A stretch of DNA of 64,000 bases, from assembly GCA_965223905.1 (NCBI GenBank), contig CBDCXV010000010.1:960001-1024000 (forward strand), written 5' to 3'. Made by a program: the position numbers and the translations under genes. The notes beneath the pieces were generated by a model. It saw only the letters and a program-made list of their open reading frames with translations, had not been told where the DNA came from and made no database searches. Numbering within the stretch: position 1 is the stretch's first letter; each line of letters opens with the position of its first letter. Shown here piece by piece: positions 58,113-64,000 of this stretch. The stretch is from Candidatus Latescibacterota bacterium (GTDB lineage: Bacteria; Latescibacterota; UBA2968; UBA8231).

Positions 58113-58680
58113 ATGCGCGACCTCGACACGAACAGTGACAACCTGCTTCCCGACGGTGCGGAACCCGCCCGAACGTGGGCCGACTATCGCGGCATCCTGA
58201 CTGCAAGCGGGGCGGGGCAGGTAGAGCTGGAGCAGTTCGACCGGGTCACGCGGCGGGGCTTCCTGACCCCCCTCGGCAAGGGCGCCCTCGCCCTGGGCGT
58301 GTTCGGCGCCGGGCCATTGCCAACGGCACCGATTCCCGCAGTGATCATTCCCGATCTCCGGGGCCGCCTCGAGGGAGGCCACGAAAGGCCCTCCCCCCCG
58401 TGACCACCATCGCCGCGGTCATTCTCCCCTGCTCTTCGCGCTCGGATGGCTCGTGCTGATTCGCGCCGGGGCCGTGGAGCTGACCATCCCCTCTCCGACC
58501 ATTCTCGACATCGTCTACTTCTCCGGGTCGGTCTTCACCTCCCTCGGCTTCGGCGACGTCGTGCCCCGGCGCGGCGGCCAGCTCCTGGTGGTGCTGGAGG
58601 TCGTGCTGATCGCCTGGACCGCGTCCTTCACGCTCTTCCAGATGCGCGAGCGCTGGGGTGACGGTGACACCGAGATTTGA
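58113..58680 (+). pseudogene. Remnants: Tat-signal-bearing fragment and potassium-channel (two-TM pore) fragment
   Basis: TRRGFL..LGKGALALG; VYFSGSVFTSLGFGDVVP pore-loop-like segment. Confidence 0.55.
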
Positions 58681-58721
58681 AGGGGAATCCCCTGATTTCC
58701 CGATGGTTTCCCGCTCACCTT

Positions 58722-59507
58722 CTACCCCCGCTGCTTCCGCGCCTCGAACAGGCCGGTCTCCTTGGTGATGGCAAACCGGCCGTTCCTGGCTATCTCATCC
58801 TCCACGAGCTCCGCCAACCTGGATGCCCTGTCTCCCGACAGGTCGCGGTCGGTCGACAGCCCGTAAGCGACCACCGGCCCGGCCTCCGTTACCTCCAGGG
58901 AGTCGTCCCGCGGCGTCATGGCAACCTCGGTGAACCACTCCCCGAGCAGGTCGGCGCCGTTCTGCAGGCTGAACCTTCCCTCGACTGCGACGAGCCTGCT
59001 TTTGGTGCCGGGACTCACCCGGTCCAGCATTTGAAACAGCTCCCGCATGTGGGACAGGCCGTTAGTGGCCGCCATCAACCTGCCTCCCGGTTTCAGCACC
59101 CTCCATATCTCTCCCAGCCCGCGCCGGCGGTCCGCAACGTGGTAGAGCATGTGGTTGGCCACAACCAGGTCGAGGGTCTCTTCCGGGAACGGCAGTGCCT
59201 GCGCGTCGCACACGCAGGTCATGAACCGCGGGTCCGCCGCCAGTCTGTCACGCGCCTCGGTCGCCATGCCGGGGGACAGGTCCGACAGCACGACCTCGCA
59301 TCCCGGCGGCACATCCGGCAGATTGCGCTTCCAGAGCTCCCCGGTCCCGCACCCCAACTCCAGAACACGGCTGTCCGCTTTCAGGCCGAGGCGCTCGAAG
59401 ACCCACCTCGGCCAGTCGAGCTTGTTGGTGCTGAATCGGACGTGGAGGCTGAGGCGCGCCCTCAGGTTCCTGGAATCCTTGTACTGGCGGGACACGTCCG
59501 TGGTCAT
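58722..59507 (-). CDS. Class I SAM-dependent methyltransferase
   Basis: VLELGCGTG, SDLSPGM, DAQALPF, ANHMLYHV, RVLKPGG; ATG 59507. Confidence 0.88.
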   Translation of the reverse strand: MTTDVSRQYKDSRNLRARLSLHVRFSTNKLDWPRWVFERLGLKADSRVLELGCGTGELWKRNLPDVPPGCEVVLSDLSPGMATEARDRLAADPRFMTCVCDAQALPFPEETLDLVVANHMLYHVADRRRGLGEIWRVLKPGGRLMAATNGLSHMRELFQMLDRVSPGTKSRLVAVEGRFSLQNGADLLGEWFTEVAMTPRDDSLEVTEAGPVVAYGLSTDRDLSGDRASRLAELVEDEIARNGRFAITKETGLFEARKQRG

Positions 59508-59621
59508 TTCCCAACCCGCCGCTCCCGGTGTTCCGGGATTCTTCCGTTTTGGGTGGAGATGGCCCGGGAGCGGCGACCTGCACGGATTGCCCCGGGAAAC
59601 CCGTTCCAATGCAAAACGATG

Positions 59622-61117
59622 CTATTCAATGGGCCAGATTGCCCCCATCTTCCATACGTCCAGGGAACGCACACTCGCCTTTCCCCTCGCGCAAAAAGCT
59701 GTACGCCGAGACTGTCCGGGCGGGCGGGATATATGCGCTTCGCCAGATAATGGCGGTCATCGGCGAAGACCTCCACCACGCTCCGGTCCACGAACACCCG
59801 CAGTTCCATCGGCTTGCCGTAAGGGTGGTCGAATGCGCACCGCTGTGATTCGCGATTGCTCACCTCCGGACTGATGCTGGAGCGGCTTACGTCCAGAATC
59901 AACTCCCTGAGCGGCCTGATCTCTTGCGGCGCACGGTTGGCAGACCATGGATTGAGGTTTAAACGAATCAGGGTTTGCTCTTCGCCGCCGGGAGAACAGC
60001 AGACTTTCAGACCGAATTCCTCGGCGCTCTCCCATTCGAGCAACGCTCGGATTTCCAGCCGGTTTCCACCGATTCCATCAAGCCGGCAATCTTCCTCCGC
60101 GTTCAACTGGATGTCGGAAAAGTGCGTGTGCTCACCGCGCAACGCCTCCAGTTCCGGGACCGGTTCCATGAGCAGATCGCCGTCGTCGGACAACGACAGC
60201 ACCATCGGGAGGGCGAATATCCCCGCCCAGCCGGAGGCGCGTTGGACGTAACTGTAGCGCCCTTCGTGCAGGCGCCCGAACAGAATGCGCCGGCCCTTGT
60301 CGTCCAGCAGCGTCAGACCCTCGTTGTAGACACCGGGGCGGCCTGTCTCGCCGAGGGCCAATCGTTTGTGACGTTCAGGAGTGAACCTGCGGTCGGCGTA
60401 GGTTCCGATGTAGAATTGCGCCCCGCGCGGGTGACTGGTGAAGGACAGCACATGCTTGTCCCCCAGACCGAAGAAGTCGGGACAGCCGCAATCCTCCCCC
60501 CACTCGGTGAAACGGCCTCCCTCGTAGAAGGAATGCAGATACTCCCAGTGAGCGAGGTCCTTCGAGGCAAATAAGTACGCCGCGTCCGGAGGAGCGTCGC
60601 CGCTGTTTCCGGTCAGCGCGTAGCAGGTATCCCCTTCGACCCAGGCGCACGGGGCGCCGCCGATCCGGTATTCATCCCCGGCCTGCGGATTGGGTATGAC
60701 CGGGTTCGCCGGATGCTTCACCCAATGGACAAGCAAATCGTCGTCGCTCGTGGCGAGACAGATGCCGTCCGGCAAGCCGTGATAGATGAACGTGGGCACT
60801 CCCTCCTTGTTGATGAACGCCGCACCGCTGTAGCACTGGTCCCGGTCTGCCCCCTCCGGACCGGGAGGCAGCGCAATCGGGTGGTCGGTCCAGTGAACCA
60901 GATCCTCACTGGAGGCGTGGCCCCAATGTATGGTCCCGTGGAAAGCCCCATTTGGATTGTACTGGTAAAAGATGTGGTACCTGCCTTTCCAGAAGAGGGT
61001 TCCGTTCGGATCGTTCATCCAGTTGACCGGTGCCAGAAAATGGTATGCCGGACGGTACGGGTCGGACGCCATTTTGAGGCGTCGTGGATCAATGGCGCTA
61101 TTCTTGGATTCATTCAT
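59622..61117 (-). CDS. GH32-family protein with atypical catalytic motifs; 1-bp shift near the C terminus
   Basis: WMNDPNG, HWGHASSEDLVHW, LRVFVDRSVVEVF. Restoring one G near 59683 gives the usual ..VRSLDVWKM..IWPIE* end at 59622. Confidence 0.85.
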
Positions 61118-61142
61118 CAATTTGTCCCCGCATTGAATTGCT

Positions 61143-62630
61143 TTGAGAACAGGGAGAACAGTTTTGGAAGATCGAGCTGACATCACCCTGACAGACCGGC
61201 GAACCGGCACCATAGCACCCGAGCTGTTCGGATGCCTGATCGAGAACTACGGAGCCCTCCTCGACGGCATCTGGGTAGGAGAAGACCCGTCGATTCCGAA
61301 CGACGAGGGACTGCGGCTCGACACCATTGCCGCCCTGCGCGAGCTCGGGATCGGCGCGATCCGTTTCCCCGGCGGCACCCCCGCCGACTACTACCGCTGG
61401 CGGGACGGCGTAAGCCCGGACAGGACACGGACGTGGAATTTCTTCTTCGGCGGCGAAGAGACCAACGAGTTCGGCACCCACGAGTTCGTCCGGCTGTGCA
61501 GGAAGGTGGGAGCCGCACCCTCCATAAAGCTCAACCCGATCAGCGGCACGCTGCACGAAGCGCTCGAGTGGATGCAGTACTGCAACCACGACGGCGACAC
61601 CTACCTCACCGCGGAACGGCGCGCCAACGGCGAACCGGAACCCCTGGGAGTGCGCTCGTGGATCATCGGAAACGAAACCGCCGACGCCTGGTCCCCCGAA
61701 GGGTACGCCGAGCTGGTGTTCAGGTGGACGTTCTTCATGCGCCAGGTCGACCCGGCCTCCCGCATCGTCGCCGAGGGCTGGAATGCCGACTGGAACGAGC
61801 GTTTCCTGAAGCGGTTCTCGACGCTTTCGAAAGCGGGGGGCGTCATCAGCAACGACGTCGCCTCGGCGTCGGAACAGGGAATGGATATCGAACCCGGGGG
61901 CAAGCTGCACATGCTGGGTCTCAAATACCCCAAGGAGCAGGACCTGCGCGATACGATCGCCATGATCGACGAGCACTTCGACGGCGGTCTCGAGCTGTGT
62001 GTCGAGGAATGGGAGGGACAGACGCGGTTCACCTGCGGATGGCCGCAGGAATGGCGCGACACCATGTCGGTTTTCGAGATCGTCCTGCACCAGGGCCGCG
62101 CCAATCTGACATACGAAAACGAGGCCCGGCTCGACGGCGGGCTCAAGGTCGCCGAGCGCATGCACTGGTGGATGCGGCATGCCGATCGCGTGAAGATGGC
62201 GACCTACCTGTATCCGACCAACACCTGGGCGCCTCTGCTCAAAACCAGCGGCGGGGAGCTCCTGCGCACCCCGCAATACCACGCCATGTCGATGCTGGCC
62301 GCGCACAGGAACGCGGAGAGTGTGGGCGTGGAAACCGCAGGTGACCGGATCGATGCCGTAGCCTCGGTCGACGGCGGCAAGCTGACAGTATCCCTGCTCA
62401 ACAAGGAGGAGCGCCCTGTCCGGACAGCGGTACGTGCCGGCGCCGTCGGGCACCCGCGGGTCACTGCCGCGACCGCGCTGACGGGGGATCCCGGCGACGA
62501 GAACTCCTTCGAGGCCCCCGACCGTATCCTTCCGCGCGGCGCGGAGATCTCGTCCGAAGAAGATGGTACGCTCACCGTCTCCTGCGAGCCGCACTCGTTG
62601 ACGGTGATCCAGTGTGAGCTGAAGCCGTGA
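61143..62630 (+). CDS. GH51-family alpha-L-arabinofuranosidase-like protein
   Basis: GIWVGE, IRFPGG..DYYRWRDG, TNEFGTHEF, WIIGNE (acid/base), VEEW (nucleophile), RHADRVKMA. Confidence 0.88.
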   Translation: MRTGRTVLEDRADITLTDRRTGTIAPELFGCLIENYGALLDGIWVGEDPSIPNDEGLRLDTIAALRELGIGAIRFPGGTPADYYRWRDGVSPDRTRTWNFFFGGEETNEFGTHEFVRLCRKVGAAPSIKLNPISGTLHEALEWMQYCNHDGDTYLTAERRANGEPEPLGVRSWIIGNETADAWSPEGYAELVFRWTFFMRQVDPASRIVAEGWNADWNERFLKRFSTLSKAGGVISNDVASASEQGMDIEPGGKLHMLGLKYPKEQDLRDTIAMIDEHFDGGLELCVEEWEGQTRFTCGWPQEWRDTMSVFEIVLHQGRANLTYENEARLDGGLKVAERMHWWMRHADRVKMATYLYPTNTWAPLLKTSGGELLRTPQYHAMSMLAAHRNAESVGVETAGDRIDAVASVDGGKLTVSLLNKEERPVRTAVRAGAVGHPRVTAATALTGDPGDENSFEAPDRILPRGAEISSEEDGTLTVSCEPHSLTVIQCELKP

Positions 62631-62676
62631 CGGCCGGGTGCTTGCGAACCTTCCCTCGGACCCGGTTCGCAGCGAT

Positions 62677-62948
62677 CCCGCCGCTGCCTGTCGCGGGATA
62701 CCGGCGCGGCCTTCGAACTGAACCGGCCATAGGGGAAATCCTGGGTTGCCGGCTGAGTCCTGCGCTCCGCGGCCCTACTAAGACAGCTCCTCCGCTGCAC
62801 AAGCCCGCGCCACTACCTGTCGCGAGAACCCGCCGCGGTCTTCGAACTGAAATACTTCCCTGACGGGGGAATCCCCCGAACTGCCGGGTCGAGCCTGTGC
62901 GCTCCGCGGCAGTACTAAGACAGCTCCTCCGCTGCATAGGCCCGCGCC
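62677..62948. repeat. Diverged ~130-137 bp tandem duplication including the 3' end of the Gfo/Idh/MocA gene
   Basis: cctgtcgcg..ttcgaactgaa and tgcgctccgcggc..tactaagacagctcctccgctgca..gcccgcgcc each occur twice. Confidence 0.85.
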
Positions 62949-64000
62949 GCGGACAGGAACCCCTGCACATCGACAGGGCCTCCGGTCCGGCAGCTCTCGA
63001 TGGCGGCGAAGATCATCGCCACCGACTGCAGGTTGGCCTCGACGTGGGTCTCCATCGGCTCCCCGCCGTCGAGCCATTGCGCGAACTGCTCCACCAGCCA
63101 GGCGTCCCTCCACTTGCGCTGCTGCAACAGGGGAACGGCTTCTCCGGCGCCGTGGCGGGTGTGAACCGAACCTGCCTCGCGGTCGTGGCCGAACCGCTCT
63201 ATCTCGCGGTGGTCCATGATCAGGGTAGCCGACTCGCACTCGGCGCGCAGGTACTCGTGCCCCCAGCCGTTGAGCCCGACGGCGTTGGTTTTCGCCCCCT
63301 CGTAGAAGGCGCGGACGCCGTTGTCGAGCTGCATCGTCACCAGCGCCTGCGAGTCGCCGCCGTACACGCCCCACCCCGGATTCCATGTCTGGGCGTAGAT
63401 GGTGCGACAGTCGGCCCCACCCATGTCGGCGAGGATATCGAGGTGATGGACTGATCCTTCGATCATCAGCGGGTCCTTCATCTCGTTGCGAAACGCCGCC
63501 CCCCAGTCGCCGCGCTCGCGCATGTCGCAGGTGAAGCGCATGACCAGGTAGTCGACGGCGCCGCAGCGGCCCGACCTGAGGGCCTGGCGGAGGGTCGTCT
63601 TGTCCTGGTCGAAGCGGTGGCTCATGGTGACGCCCATCTTCTTTCCCGCCCGCCGCACCTTTTCGGCGATGCGGCAGGACGCAAGGAGCGTGTCGGCGAT
63701 CGGTTTCTCCGACAGGACGTGCATGCCGTGTGCCAGGGCCGCGTCGACGACGTCCTCGTGAAAAGCCGGCGGCACGACGACCGTGCAGAAGTCGGAGTCG
63801 TTTTCGGCGAATGCTCGCCGAAGGTCGGTGTAGCACCTCTCGCGAGGCAGGCCGAGATACGTCTGGGCGTTCACCAGCACGTCCGGGTTGGTGTCCACCG
63901 CGGCGACCACCTCGATCAGCCCGTCCTCCATGTTGGGAGGCAGTATGCGCTCGCACCAGGCGCGGCCCCGTCCGCCGGTTCCCACCTGGATCATCCTGTA
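62915..64000 (-). CDS. Gfo/Idh/MocA oxidoreductase (5' end at or beyond the window edge)
   Basis: IQVGTGGRG, HVLSEKPIA, EGSVHHLD. Confidence 0.9.
   Translation of the reverse strand, partial: YRMIQVGTGGRGRAWCERILPPNMEDGLIEVVAAVDTNPDVLVNAQTYLGLPRERCYTDLRRAFAENDSDFCTVVVPPAFHEDVVDAALAHGMHVLSEKPIADTLLASCRIAEKVRRAGKKMGVTMSHRFDQDKTTLRQALRSGRCGAVDYLVMRFTCDMRERGDWGAAFRNEMKDPLMIEGSVHHLDILADMGGADCRTIYAQTWNPGWGVYGGDSQALVTMQLDNGVRAFYEGAKTNAVGLNGWGHEYLRAECESATLIMDHREIERFGHDREAGSVHTRHGAGEAVPLLQQRKWRDAWLVEQFAQWLDGGEPMETHVEANLQSVAMIFAAIESCRTGGPVDVQGFLSAARAYAAEELS

Noticed and set aside
59504-59621. GH32 C-terminal extension overlapping the methyltransferase start
   Set aside because: Product of the 1-bp shift near 59683; the family-typical end is at 59622.
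59670-59695. Single-base shifts in short G/C runs (also about 12826 and 13866) as programmed frameshifts or phase variation
   Set aside because: Runs are only 3-4 nt and cannot be told apart from sequencing error or decay without reads.

Overview
GC-rich bacterial window with no rRNA, tRNA or CRISPR array. The gene families (DUF6785/DUF6784 membrane proteins, FlgD/CHU_C-tailed secreted proteins, a 'SWGRIK' C-terminal tail) suggest a Latescibacterota/Poribacteria-like organism (inference). Layout: (i) 1-1.4 kb, the 3' end of a group II intron nested in a second intron; (ii) 1.5-23.5 kb, a decaying carbohydrate-catabolism region with three DUF6785/6784 paralogs, a GHL10-like protein, sialidases, Gfo/Idh/MocA oxidoreductases, a sugar isomerase and many pseudogenes and deletion scars; (iii) 23.7-39.7 kb, a co-oriented minus-strand cluster of a SurA/PrsA-like lipoprotein chaperone, three paralogous discoidin + FlgD/type-B-CTD secreted proteins interleaved with two paralogous ~900-aa predicted outer-membrane beta-barrels, and a CBM9-like SWGRIK-tail protein. 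This cluster is the best candidate for an undescribed secretion or surface-uptake system. (iv) 39.7-54.3 kb, an IS graveyard where target-site duplications let a nested IS66>IS4>IS481>IS3 structure and a later ~6.5 kb inversion be reconstructed; (v) 54.3-64 kb, a CocE/NonD hydrolase, HIT protein, two methyltransferases, an atypical GH32, a GH51 and a Gfo/Idh/MocA gene. All family calls are by motif recognition by eye; no searches were run.
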